Source of the DNA: Octopus vulgaris | Taxonomy: Eukaryota | Length of the DNA: 64,000 nt | Reading direction: 5' to 3' | NCBI GenBank assembly: GCA_951406725.2 | Contig: OX597824.1 | Coordinates: forward strand, 40,486,001-40,550,000 | Shown: piece after piece, positions 12,796-25,158 of the stretch | Position numbering within the stretch: the stretch's first letter is position 1 | Layout: each line of letters begins with the position of its first letter | The notes under the pieces: generated by a model | Seen by the model: only the letters and a program-made list of their open reading frames with translations | Database searches by the model: none | Told to the model about the DNA's origin: nothing | Made by a program: the position numbers and the translations under genes

Positions 12796-12873
12796 TAAAA
12801 TTTTTAGTAGAACATATAATATTTTTCCCTTCTAAGTTAGTAATAGTGAAATTCTGTAATTGGCTTTATGATA

Positions 12874-13045
12874 TACCATATTTTAACCCTTTTTTGTCAA
12901 AAATTAGGTTCGAAATATATGGGATCTTCTTATACATGAATAGTATTATAACTCCTTACAAAACCTTTTTTTCCAAATTTTAAGCCCCCAAAATTAGGGG
13001 ATTCCTTTATACACAAGTGTTCCTTATACACGTTAAAATACAGTA
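12874..13045. mobile_element. pogo/Tigger-like MITE remnant
   Basis: Termini taccatattttaac ... gttaaaatacagta with internal cttatacac-like repeats. Confidence 0.5.
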
Positions 13046-13832
13046 GTTTGAAGTTGTTAGTCAAAGTGTTATACTATTTGAAGGGAGTGAAAAATGCCTT
13101 AAATGATGGTGTCCAACGATTATTGTAAACTGAAAATATTATGAATATTTTTAGTACCCTGGTTTAATTTCACACCATTCTATTGGAGATATTGCTTATC
13201 AGTAAATATCCATAAAATAAACAAGGGAGCTTTGTGGGATCACTGGAGCCAACAAAACCAAAATTCTGTGGTTGTTTGAGTCAATGAAGAGTGTCATTCA
13301 ACCTGCTAGAAATATTTGCCAGATTTTTCTATCTTAAAGGAAAGACACATTAATGTAATTCTAAATATGTTGTCTGTATAAAAGACAAGATGGGTACATT
13401 TTAAATGTTGATAATTGATATGCTAATCAATACCATCAATAAAACCCACCATAGATTGATTTATCTGGGGGTTTTTTCTTACTTTAACTTTGTCATTGGT
13501 GAAATGACAATAAAAAATGTAAATTCCCATTACCATGTTATTCTATTGCAATATTATGTAAGCTATTCCTTCTTGTCTTAACTAACTGTATTCTATACCC
13601 TCCAAATGTTTTTTGGAAAATATCACAATGAATGAAGAATTGAGGGAAGAGAAAAGTGCTCTTCTGATGGCTTTCAGTAAGGTATAGTACTGGGTCCTTC
13701 ATTAAGGTGAAAACCTTTAATAGAAATCTTTTTCAATCCTGCAAGAGAATTAAAGAGACATAGGGACAGGCCACCATCAGTCAGATGGAAAATAATAATA
13801 TTTCTTGGTAAATTCCACTCCTGAACTCTGTC

Positions 13833-13863
<31 letters not shown>

Positions 13864-14706
13864 AGACACACACACACACAAGTGAGCACATAGGGGCAAC
13901 TCTTGGTGTGGAAAATATTATTCAAATAACAAAAGTAGAGAGTAAAATACACTATTCTATTGCAGCAGAAGAATTTCACAAGCTGTTACTCAGAGTTTCA
14001 TATAACCAATTATCAGACAAAAGTGAACTTTTGAACAATACAAAGGTTTATGAATGCTTATAAACAGTGCAATGATAATTATTTGGTAACTCATCAAATA
14101 AGCATTTAAAGCTGATTTGGACAAGGAATTATGGTTTTTCAAATCTAATGGAATCTTTGATGTTCAGTTTTATGAAAAGCTGAGTTACAGTTTTACAGAT
14201 TCAATAAAACACTTTACATACATTATATATATTATTACTATTAATAAAATTTAATGTATTCTCATAACAGCCAATTTAGCAATTCGTTTCATTGCAGCAA
14301 TCATCTGCAAAAGTCCATGCCATCCCATTCTTTTCAATTTATCTCATTGCCAGAGTTGCTTCTCAACTCCTTATATGAAACTGATTGGTAAACTGACGGT
14401 TATGAAAACATAACATTGTGTTTTATTATTAATAATAATGTACCCACTCTGTTAACCAGTGTATGAGTTGTTTTTTCCTGACTCATGGATTTTGAGGCAA
14501 TTGTATTTTCATGCTTAATTAATTTTGAAGGATCTTTACCTAACCTGTAGACTAAAATAAATATCTTTTTATTTCATCCTGTTTATATGTGTGAATGTAT
14601 GTACATGTGTATATCTGTGTGTTTTGTGTGAGCTTGCTGTGTGTATGTAATGCTTGCTTTTCTGAATGAGAGAAGCCTTGTTTATAACTGTGACTATCTC
14701 TTGTAG

Positions 14707-14822
14707 CTACAACTCAGCTACCAACATCTTCTTCTGAAGAATCTCAGGCATTGCTTCAACAGCACCCTTCTCTGGATATTCCACACAAAGTGCTCTATCG
14801 TTCAGTAACAATGGACCAGTAA
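14707..14822 (+). CDS. PLEKHD1: Candidate proximal terminal exon of the PLEKHD1-like gene (T TTQLPTSSSEESQALLQQHPSLDIPHKVLYRSVTMDQ*)
   Basis: Acceptor tatctcttgtag; phase 1 matches the 11534 donor; open to TAA at 14820-14822; non-repetitive composition. No homology support. Confidence 0.55.
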
Positions 14823-15589
14823 CATGTCTCAGGTACCTTGTGAAGTACCTAGTAATACTTCTTCACTCTTAGTGCAGTTCTCTTCACACTCATATTGATC
14901 TTATCCAATTAGAAAAACTCCATGAAAATAGCAATATTGTATGATCAACATGCACTTTCCGTGTTATGTGCACAATCTAATGTAGAATTTTTTTTTTTTA
15001 ATCTTTGACAAAACCTAACTTGTTGAGTTAAATTAATTATATTTACTACTTTCTGCATGAAATTTAGATAAATTAATTTTCCCATTATTATCATGAGTTT
15101 TGTAGAATTTTTGTATGTTTGTTTTATGTTATTTACATCTTTTTATATTTTTGTTTGTTCTTTTACCTCCCCTCTAAAATAGTTTAGTATTGAGTGCAGA
15201 GGATGGATACATCCTTTCATAGATCTTCCTCTCCTAACATTTCCTTAGTCTACGTGCACAGCTCGTCATATAATTATACATGTTTGAATGTTACATGTTA
15301 TTTAGTATGTTACCTAGAAATGGTTTATTGATCTACATATTAAATACATACCTACATGTTCAACACATGATTTACATACTTACACATTCAACCACCTACA
15401 TGTTCGACACGTTTATCTACCTGCATGTTCAACATATTTGACTACCTCTATATCCAATATATCTATCTGCCTACCTACCTACCTACATGTTTAATATATT
15501 ATTTATATATATACATGTTGAACTCATTATCAAATTACCTACCTGCTTCACACAATATTTGTGGCATATATTACTATATAAATTTAAGT

Positions 15590-16520
15590 GGATTCAAAGC
15601 TAAAATATCATATAACCCTAATACAAGATTCAAAAACAAAATGGTTGGTTTGCTACTTTAACACATCATGGATGCTCAGAATAAACGCAGAGTACCACAT
15701 GACTGCAATAATAAGAGGCCTCGGAGTGGAATCGCGTTTAGAGATGTTGGGAATAGGTACAGGTATAGGAAAAGTAATAGTATTAGCAAGGAGATAAACA
15801 AAACAGAGGGTTCACGGTCTAGAATTAGGGAAGTAATTTGGTTCACTGCCCCTTTTTCCCTTACAGTAAGGAACTTACCAAAAATGCTTTTTAGAATTTT
15901 GAAGAACTTTCCAAGGAATCACAAATACTATAGTATTTGTAACAAGTCAACTATCAAGTTCTCCTACTCTGTAATGCCTAATTTTGCCTTGATTATTGCA
16001 TCTATTAATAGAAGCAAACTTGCTGGGTAGGGGACTTGGGAACGTTCCTCTGAGGGTAACCCCAGACCTGTGAATAATATTTTTGTAACACCCAATGCCA
16101 GTGGTACAAGCAGTTTGCTTTCACCGGGTTTATCGAACCCGAGTAAAAAGGGAGGATCTGACGGAATGAAAGAAGGAAACCTGGCGAGAACTGATGATGC
16201 AAAAAGTAAAAGTAAAAATAAAACTAGGAAAGGCCCTGGGAAGAAATGTAATTGTAGAAATCAAGAATTATGTCCCTTGGATGGTCCCTGTCTGGTTACT
16301 AATGTCGTATATAAATGTGCAGTTAAGGACTAGGGTAAATTAAATACATTTTATATAGGTAGTACAGTAGATTTTAAAGCTAAATATAGATCCCATATGA
16401 GCTCGTTTTCTAAGGATAAGTACTGTAATTCAACCACACTTGCATCCCATATACATGATTTGAAGAGGAATAACAAGATGTGATATGTTAAGTGGATGAC
16501 CTTAAATTTGTTTGCTCTAC
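15590..16520 (+). mobile_element. Penelope-like element fragment (RT thumb/linker plus GIY-YIG endonuclease), decayed
   Basis: IWFTAPFS...KNFPRNHKY..ICNKSTIKFSYSVMPN; CNCRNQELCPLDGPCLVTNVVYKCAV; then FYIGST..FK..YRSHMSSF...NSTTLASHIHDLK; in-frame stops. Confidence 0.85.
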
Positions 16521-16534
16521 AACCGAAGTTTGTT

Positions 16535-16570
16535 TATATATATATTCATGTATATAAATATGTATGTATG

Positions 16571-16617
<47 letters not shown>

Positions 16618-17084
16618 GTATATATGTGTGTATATTTATGTATATATGTGTGTATATGTATATGTGAGCTCAAATCCCGGACCAGACTGCATGTTGTGTT
16701 CTTGAGCAAGACACTTTATTTCACGTTGCTCCAGTTCACTTAGCTGTAGAAGTGAGTTGCAACATCACAGGTACCAAGCTGTATCGGTGTTTGCCTTTCC
16801 TTTGGATAACACTAGTGACGTGGACAGAGGAGGCCGGTATGCATGGGTGACTGCTCGTCATCCATAAACAACCTTGCTCAGACTTGTGCCTGGGAGGGTA
16901 ACTCTCTAGGTGTAATCCCATGGCCTGTGTCGTCACTGAAGGACGTCTCAGATGTATACTTATGTATGTGTGTATATATATGTGTGTGTGTATATGTGTA
17001 TATATATATGTGTGTATATATATATATGTGTATATATATATATATGTGTATATATATATGTGTATATATATATATATGTATATA

Positions 17085-17125
<41 letters not shown>

Positions 17126-17287
17126 GTGTATGTATATATATATATATATATATACACGTGTATGTATATATATATATATATATATGTGTATGTATATATA
17201 TATGTGCATGTATATATATATTTATATGTATGTATATATATATATATATGTATGTGTATATATATATATATATACACATATATATAG
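16535..17287. repeat. Long compound (TA)n/(TG)n microsatellites flanking a SINE fragment (16666-16952)
   Basis: Direct inspection; source of the Y/I/H/C-rich pseudo-ORFs. Confidence 0.95.
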
Positions 17288-17450
17288 TAGTTGTATACTG
17301 TCAACTAAATGTGACAGTCCCATTAAGGGAATCACACTACTGCTATTTAACCCTAGGAAGCAGCAATGCTTCCTGTCGACCTTGACACATTTCCTGTGTC
17401 CTTATGTTTACAAGGGGGAGATAAGCACCTCCACCCAGCTAAGCATGCAG

Positions 17451-17491
17451 CCAGAGATTAGTTTCTGAGTCTTTGCTCATCATCAGTCTGG
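17451..17491 (-). ncRNA. Minimal type I hammerhead ribozyme motif
   Basis: Minus strand: ccaga-CTGATGA-tgag caaaga ctca-GAAA-ctaa-TC-tctgg; stems I and II perfectly paired, stem III vestigial. Confidence 0.65.
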
Positions 17492-17906
17492 AGTAGCATG
17501 GCCTGCTAGTTGGAGATGCCTATCTATATAGAAATGTAATATTTCTATTTTTGTAATCAGTGGATTTATTTCACTAGAATTCTTATATGTTTACAAGGGC
17601 TAGATAGGCATCTCCAACTAGCAGGTGTCACTGCTGACTGACTTTTCGAAGGATTATTTACCTAAATTCAATGGAATACATCCACTGGTTTTCAAAAATA
17701 GAAATATCATTATTTCTAATTCTCTCTAAAGGAGACTACAGCAGCAGTACTGGATATTAGCAGTTATCGCCAAGCTAACATGGCACTCCAGATAAATAGG
17801 ATGAATGCTGCCGTTGATTAGCTCCAAGAGGCCATCACCTCTAGCTAGCTATGTGACACACAAACCTGTGTCCATTATAACCTTCGAATATATATATATA
17901 TATTTA

Positions 17907-17937
<31 letters not shown>

Positions 17938-18429
17938 TTATATGTGTATATATGTGTGTGTATATATATATATATTTATATGTGTATATATGTGTGTCTG
18001 CATGTGTTGAACAGTGAGAAGGAGTGCTGAACACTGCATTTGGTGGATAAATATTCTTTATTTGTGGATTGACGATGCATTGTTAATCCACAACTTGACT
18101 GTGTGTGTGTATAAAGATATGTCAAGCTAAGTAAAAGTATGGTTTCCCTTGCATAGAGGCTCAACCTCTGCAACCCTCTCCAGCTGAGCATCCCTAATCT
18201 TGCAGGCTCATAAGCACTGGTACCACATAAAAAGCACCTTTGCTGGTGCTGCTTAAAAGCATCCAATACACTCTGCAAAGTGGTTGGTGTTAGGAAAGTT
18301 ATCCAGCTGTAGAAACCATGCCAAGTCAGACAGGGAGCCTAAACAGCCCTTCAGCTTGTCAGCCCCTATCAAACCATCCAACCCATGCCTGCATAGAAAG
18401 CAGATATCAAAGGATGATGATGATATATG

Positions 18430-18473
<44 letters not shown>

Positions 18474-18629
18474 GATAATATATAAATTTAATTATATATA
18501 TATATATATAAATATATATATATATGTGTGTGTGTGTGTGACTGCGAAGACCCAATAAATAACATGAGTTTATGGCTGTTTCCTGCACTAGCTTCACATA
18601 GAAGCCCCTGCCCATCCAAAGTGCCTTGA

Positions 18630-19063
18630 ATCGCAGGATGGCTTGCTGTGCTTACCTTGGATTGTAGGGCAACCTGCTGTGCTTGAGGAGATCTATTGAG
18701 TCAAGTACATCAACATAAAAAAATCAAATGAAAATTGTAGTTGTGATACCTGTGCCAGTGGCACGTAAAATGCACCATCCGTACGTGGCCGATGCCAGTG
18801 CTGCCTTGACTGGCTTCCATGCCAATGGCACATAAAAAGCACCAACCAATCGTGGCCGTTGCCAGCCTCCCCGGGCATGTAAAAAGCACCCACTACACTC
18901 ACGGAGTGGTTGGCGTTAGGAAGGGCATCCAGCTGTAGAAACACTGCCAGATCAGACTGGAGCCTGGTGCAGCCTCCTGGTGCAGCCTCCTGGCTTCCCA
19001 GACCCCAGTCGAACCGTCCAACCCATGCTAGCATGGAAAACGGACGTTAAACGATGATGATGA

Positions 19064-19066
<3 letters not shown>
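18630..19066 (+). mobile_element. Retroposon family D with (GAT)n tail (RTE-like 3' end); copies 18230-18425, 47400-47751, 60068-60352(-)
   Basis: Shared ggttggcgttaggaagggcatccagctgtagaaac...catgctagcatggaaaacggacgttaaacgatgatgatg; internal tandem ggcacgtaaaaagcacc units. Confidence 0.8.
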
Positions 19067-19106
<40 letters not shown>

Positions 19107-19957
19107 GTTTGTGCGCTTTTGTCATAAAACAATTAAAATAATTTTTAAAGAAAAAATAGAACTCAGTACAATAAATATTGATTTTATTCAAAAGCTGGAT
19201 TAACAATAAATAAATAACATACCAAATCACTAGTTTCCTTATAATGAATCTACTCAGATTTTCCGCTCTTTTTCATTTCCAAAGTTTCATTTTATTTATC
19301 TTCTCTGTTTGTCTGGATTTATCAATTCCACCACCATGACCATATCTACAAACTTTATCATTAATCTTTTTGTGTTCCATTTTTTTGTTTCCTATCTTAT
19401 TTTTTATTAATTACTAACCCCACTATTTTTTCACTAATCCTTTTTCTTCAGGCTATATTTAATTTGTTTGTTTTGTAAATTTATTTTTGGCATCCCTTTC
19501 CAACAACTAACCTGATCCCTCTGCTTCCTGTAGGTTCTACTTCATCCTCGGATCTAATCCCACCAACTTCTTTATTACTTTGACACCCCTCTCACTGTAT
19601 GTTGCCAAGGTAGAGTACCAGCTATATTCCCTGGAAGCAATTATAGAATGTAGAGAAGGGGAAATGTAATAATAATAAATATAGATCACATTTACTTCAG
19701 CATTTTCTCTTCCCTTTTCCGTTTCAATTTTTTCATAAAAGTTAGCATAATTACCCATTTCTTCATTCTTTGCCATTTAAAAAAAAAAAAGTTCCATTCA
19801 GTAACACAGCCACTGTTTTCTCACAGTTTTAATGGTGTCCATATAGACAGCAGTGCTATAGCATGGCCTTGGCTGTACTTGCTAAAACAAGCTAAAGAAC
19901 ATGCACGAAAATGTTATGATGTGAAAGCCAATGTTTTCTCATAGTTTTAATGGTATG

Positions 19958-19998
<41 letters not shown>

Positions 19999-21346
19999 AT
20001 GATAGTGCTCCAGCTTGGCCTTAGCTGTGCTTGGTTAAAACAAGCTAAAGAACCTATGCAAGGATGTTATGATGTAAGTTTTTTATATATTTTATTAGAT
20101 GCCTTTGCATCGTGATGTAAAGGTATCTAATACATGCGCGCGCATGCACACACACACACACACACACACCCTATAAATTTGGCACTGAAGGCAACATAGA
20201 TATATAAATACTACAGTACAGTTCATATATAATGGCTTCTGATTTTGGCACAATTTTGAGTAGAGGGAGAGTTAGTCGATTCTGTTGACTTCAGTATATA
20301 GACTGTTACTATAGTTTATTGGCATCAAAAGGATGAAAGGATTTGAACTCAAAATGTGCCGAGTGAAAACAAATACCTCAAGGTATTTTTGCCAATATGT
20401 GTGTGTGTGTGCATATATATATATAGTTCAAATTTCTAGAAAAACAAAAGACAAAGACAGATGTAGGAACAACAAGCAAGTATATTAGTTTGATGCCAAG
20501 GAAAAATGGAAAAGTTTTTACATTTTGAGCCTATGCTCTTTGACAAAAAGGAATTAGAAGAAATAGAGTGAGAATGAAAACAAATGTGTAGAGTTCAGCA
20601 GTCCAACATAGTGAGTAGTTTGTAAAAATATATTATAAATATATACATACATATATATATATGTGTGTCAATATTTAAGTGTTGGGTATGTTCCTTGTAG
20701 TACGCCAATAAAGCATGTTCACTGCATATGGCTACCTGGCATTATCCATAGTAATTATACAATTGTGTAATTGCTTCTGCACCAAGGGATGCACCACAAC
20801 TAGTTGTATAGTTTTCCACCCATGAGGGATCGATGCAAGATGTGTCAAAACAATTGTTGTGAGCAATAAAATTTCCCATGTATTTCATCTTCCATTTCTA
20901 TCCCTTGTCTTATATATAGTGGTTAGGCTGTTGCACTCACGATCTGTAGCTCGTGGGTTCGATTCCCTGACTGGGTGGTGCATTGTGTTCTTGAGCAAAA
21001 CACTTCATTTCACATTGCTCAAGCTCCTCTTTGATCAGGGAAATGTTGGCTGGCTCACCTGGCCAGCAGGGTGGCATCATATGGAGACTAAAACAATGCA
21101 AAAGCACATTGTGATCAATGATGTATAACAACATCTGACAGTCTGGTCAGTCACATGGTCATGTGCGATATATATAATGTATGATATACAATACTCTATA
21201 ATATTTGTTTACTGATGTACTGAAACAATGTATCTTTGACTAAGTTTGTAACTTAACATTCATTTATTTACAAACATGTCTACTCTGATATCATACAAAT
21301 AAACATAAAATGGAATGAAGTAATAATGATAATAATAATAATAATA

Positions 21347-21387
<41 letters not shown>

Positions 21388-22009
21388 GGGTTCAAATTTT
21401 GATGCAAGACCAGCAAAATTTAGTGGGAGGGATATTGTTGATTACATTGACCCAGTTACTTGACTGGTACTGTATTTAACAACCCCCAAGAGGATGAAGT
21501 AAAGTTGACTTCAGTGGGGTTTGAACTCAGAAGTTAAAGATCCAGAAGAGATGCCACTTCAGATTTTGTAACATACTAACAATTTTGCCAACTCACCACC
21601 TTAATTATGATAATCCTTTCTATTATAGGCACAAGGCCAGAACTTCTGGGGGAAGGGGGCTAGATGATTACATCAACCCCAGTGCTCAATTGGTGTTTAT
21701 TTTATCTAGCATGAAAGGATGAAAGGCAAAATCGACCTCAGTGGAATTTGAACTCAGAACATGAAGACTCAGAAGAAATGCCACCAAGCATTTTGTCCAA
21801 TGCACTAACAATTCTACCAAGCATGCCATCTTAATAATAAAAATAGCTATGATTATTCTCGCTTTATCCCTCTCTCTTTCCTCTCTCTATCCTAAAACAT
21901 CACATCCTCTTTCTTCACTACACAACATACAAACATATCCCAAATCAAGACCTTTCCTGTATAATTTTAACATTTAGTTTAATTTTAAGTTTAGTTGTCT
22001 AATAACTCA

Positions 22010-22490
22010 TCAGGCAATAAATTTCTGTGAGCAGGTATAGTTATTTACCAAAAATTTTTCAGGTGATGCTCTACTGAAAATGTATAGGAGGTCTCAACCA
22101 GTTTTCTCTAAGAATATATATGAATCTTCAGGTAATATTTTTGTGAGCAAATATAGTTAACTACTAACAAATACTCAGGTGATAATTCTGTAAGCAGGTA
22201 TAGTTATTTACTAACAAATTTTCAGGAGATATTCCTGCAAACAGCTATCCGAATCTTCAAGTGATATTTCTGTAAGAAATTAATTGTCAGGTGATAATTC
22301 TGTGAGTATATTAATACTCAGATAACATTTCTATGAGAACACTAAGCTATCTTCTAAAATTAAACCTCAGGTGATACTTCTATGAACAGGTAACATTTCT
22401 GTGAGAAGACATGACCATGTACTAATTAATCCTCAAGTGATACTTTTATGAACAGGTTTATTAATTCTCAGGTGATACATCTGTGAGCAG
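22010..22490. repeat. Degenerate ~45 bp minisatellite (caggtgatatttctgtgagcaggtatagttatttactaacaaattct-like)
   Basis: About 10 diverged tandem units sharing caggtgata..tctgtgag; a mariner abuts the last unit. Confidence 0.75.
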
Positions 22491-23374
22491 GTAGTATCAA
22501 AAGATTCCTGGACTAGTTGTATTTAATAAAAAATAGCTTGTTTACCTAAGTCTTGATATAATTTCCTTCAAAATAGTCACATTGTACAGCAATAAACCAG
22601 TCCCAACATGCCTGCCACTTTTGAAATCTAGTGTCTAGGTCATTTTCCATGAGTCAGGGACCGTCTGTGATTCACTCTGGATCTTGACAATGGTGCTAAA
22701 AATGCGACCTTTGAGCTGCATTTTCATCTTGGAGAAGGGATGGAAGTCTGCAAGGTGCTAAATCTGGCAAATGGGGCAGGTGCGGAAGTGATACCATGTT
22801 GTTTTCGGTGAGAAACTCACAAGTGAGGAGAGCACAGTGAAAGGATGCAATGGCATATCGAAGACTCCAATTTTTCGCACTCCACAGATCTGACCACTTT
22901 CGCCAAATGTCCTCCCTCAAACACTTCAAGACATCACAGTAGACCTCTCAATTGACAGTCTGACTCTGGGGGACAAATTCTTGATGCACAATACCACGTT
23001 TCCAGGAGTGACACTTATGGCAGGTCTTCTTGATACCTAATCATCCTTCAGGAATGTTCTTCTACTTTTGAAACCCCCATGCCACTCGAAATATTGCATA
23101 TGACCCATTGCCTCATTGCCATAAGCTTGCTGAAATAAGCTCAATCTCTGTTGTAGACTTCCCAAGTTTTAACACAAAATTTCACGTTGGCTCATTGCTC
23201 CTGTCCATGACAAAATCACAGACTACTGCATACATGTAATCACAAAAACACAAATTTCACAACTTGCAAAGTAAACAGAGTGATGTCACTGCTAGCTTTC
23301 ATTGTGCACACAACTGTGTGCTGCCATCTGTTGGTGCATTACAGAACTAGTCCAGGAACTTTTTGATACCACCT
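22489..23374 (-). mobile_element. Decayed mariner transposon with internal deletion
   Basis: TIRs ggtagtatcaaaagattcctggactagtt / aactagtccaggaactttttgataccacc; minus ORF has HLPHLPDLAPC (degenerate YSPDLAPxD motif). Confidence 0.85.
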
Positions 23375-23999
23375 TATATATGTATATCTAAATATTTGTT
23401 TTTATGAATGTAGTAGAGGAGACTGGCAAAATTGTTAGACCATTGGACAAAATGCCTTACAGTATTTTTTTCAGTTCTTTATGCTCATTCTGTTTCAAAT
23501 CACCCCAAAGTCAAGGATTTCTTTTTTTTTTCTCTTTGGTTTTCTGGGTATTTTTTTTTTTCTAGCCTTTTGTGTTGACTAAAATAAAATACAGACCAGT
23601 TCATTGCAGGAAGTTTGGCAGAATTGTTGCATCATTGAATAAAATACTTTGTAGAATGTGTCAGGGAAAGAAGTCTCTAACTATGGTGTTAGACAAGGAA
23701 AGCATTCACTACCAGATGCAGGTGTGAAAGAACTCAAATACTGAGAATCATTACATCATCACTGATTCTAAATTTGCCAGCTTCTGCACTGGTGCCAAGC
23801 TGTGTTAGCCCTTGCCTGTCTCTTCAACAAGATTGGTAGTATGGAGGGGCGGAAAAGGGATATTCATTGCATAACTAAATACTGTTGTTTTTTTTTTAGA
23901 CAAACTGTTACCTTGACTAGGTTTGCTGAGAAAATGTGATCCTAGTTATATGGAAAATGTGGTCCTAATTATACAAAAACAGACATTATTATTGTTATT

Positions 24000-25158
24000 A
24001 AGGTAGTGAGCTAGCAGAATCATGAATGCATTGGGCAAAATGCTTAGTGACATTTCTTCTGACTCTTTACATTCTGAGTTCAAATCCTGCTGAGATCATC
24101 TTTTTGCTTTTTATCCCTCCAGGGTCAAACAAAGTGAAATACCAGTCAAGTATTAAGGTTTATGTAATCAATTTGCCCCTGCTTTTTGGAGTTGCTGGCT
24201 TGTGCCAAAATTAAAAAGAATTATTATTATTATTATTAATAAGGTGGTTAGCTGGCAGAACCACTCGCACACCAGGTGAACTGCCTAGTGGTATTTCTTC
24301 TGTCAGGTGGAAAGCTGGCAGAAACATTAGCACACCAGGCAAATTGCTTAGTAGCATTTCGTCTGCTGCTATGTTCTGAGTTCAAATTCCGCCGAGATCA
24401 ACTTTGCCTTTCATCCTTTCGGGGTCAATTAAATAAGTACCAGTTATGCACTGGGGTTGATATAATCGACTTAATCCATTTGTCTGTCCTTGTTTGTCCC
24501 CTCTGTGTGTAGCCCCTCGTAGGCAGTAAAGAAATAGGTATTTCTTCTGTCTTCATATTCTGAGTTCAAATTCCACTGAGGTAAACTTTGCCTTTCATCC
24601 TTTTGAAGTCAACAAAATACCAGTCAAGCACTGGGGTCGATGTAATCAACTTATCCCCTTCCCCTGAACTTGCTGGCCTTGTGTCAAAATTTGAAACCAT
24701 TATTATTATTATCATCATCAAGACAGCAAGCTGGCAGAGTCGTTAGGATACCAGGCAAAATGCTTCTTGACATTTCATCCGTCCTTACATTCTGAGTTCA
24801 AATTCTGCCACGGTTGACTTTGACTTTCACCCTTTCAGGGTCGATTAAATACCAGTTACACACTGGGGTTGATGTAATCAACTTAATCCCTTTCCCCAAA
24901 TTTCAGGCCTTGTACCCACAATAGAAAGGATTATTGTCGTCATCAAGGCAGCGAGCTGGCAGAATCATTAGCATACCAGGCAAAATGCTTGGCAGCATTT
25001 CATCCATCTTCACATTCTGAGTCCAAGTTCTGCCAAGGTCGACTTTGCCTTTCATTCTTTCGGGGTGGATAAAATAAGTACCAGTTGAATACTAGGGTCC
25101 ATGTAATCAATTTACTCCTCTCCCCCAAAATTCCTGGTCTTGTGCCAAAATTTGAAGC
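24000..25158 (+). mobile_element. Head-to-tail array of SINE family A (about 5 units, one nested)
   Basis: Repeated aaggcagcgagctggcagaatc...ttctgagttcaaattc...gactttgcctttcatcc...ggccttgtgccaaaatttgaa units separated by (ATT)n; similar arrays at 21388-21830(-), 40237-40620, 44729-45175. Confidence 0.85.

Noticed and set aside
16736-17468. Longest ORFs in the track (111-182 aa, Y/I/H/C/V-rich), and similar ones at 17.8, 35.8 and 54.4-55.3 kb
   Set aside because: They are translations of (TA)n/(TG)n microsatellites, which lack stop codons.
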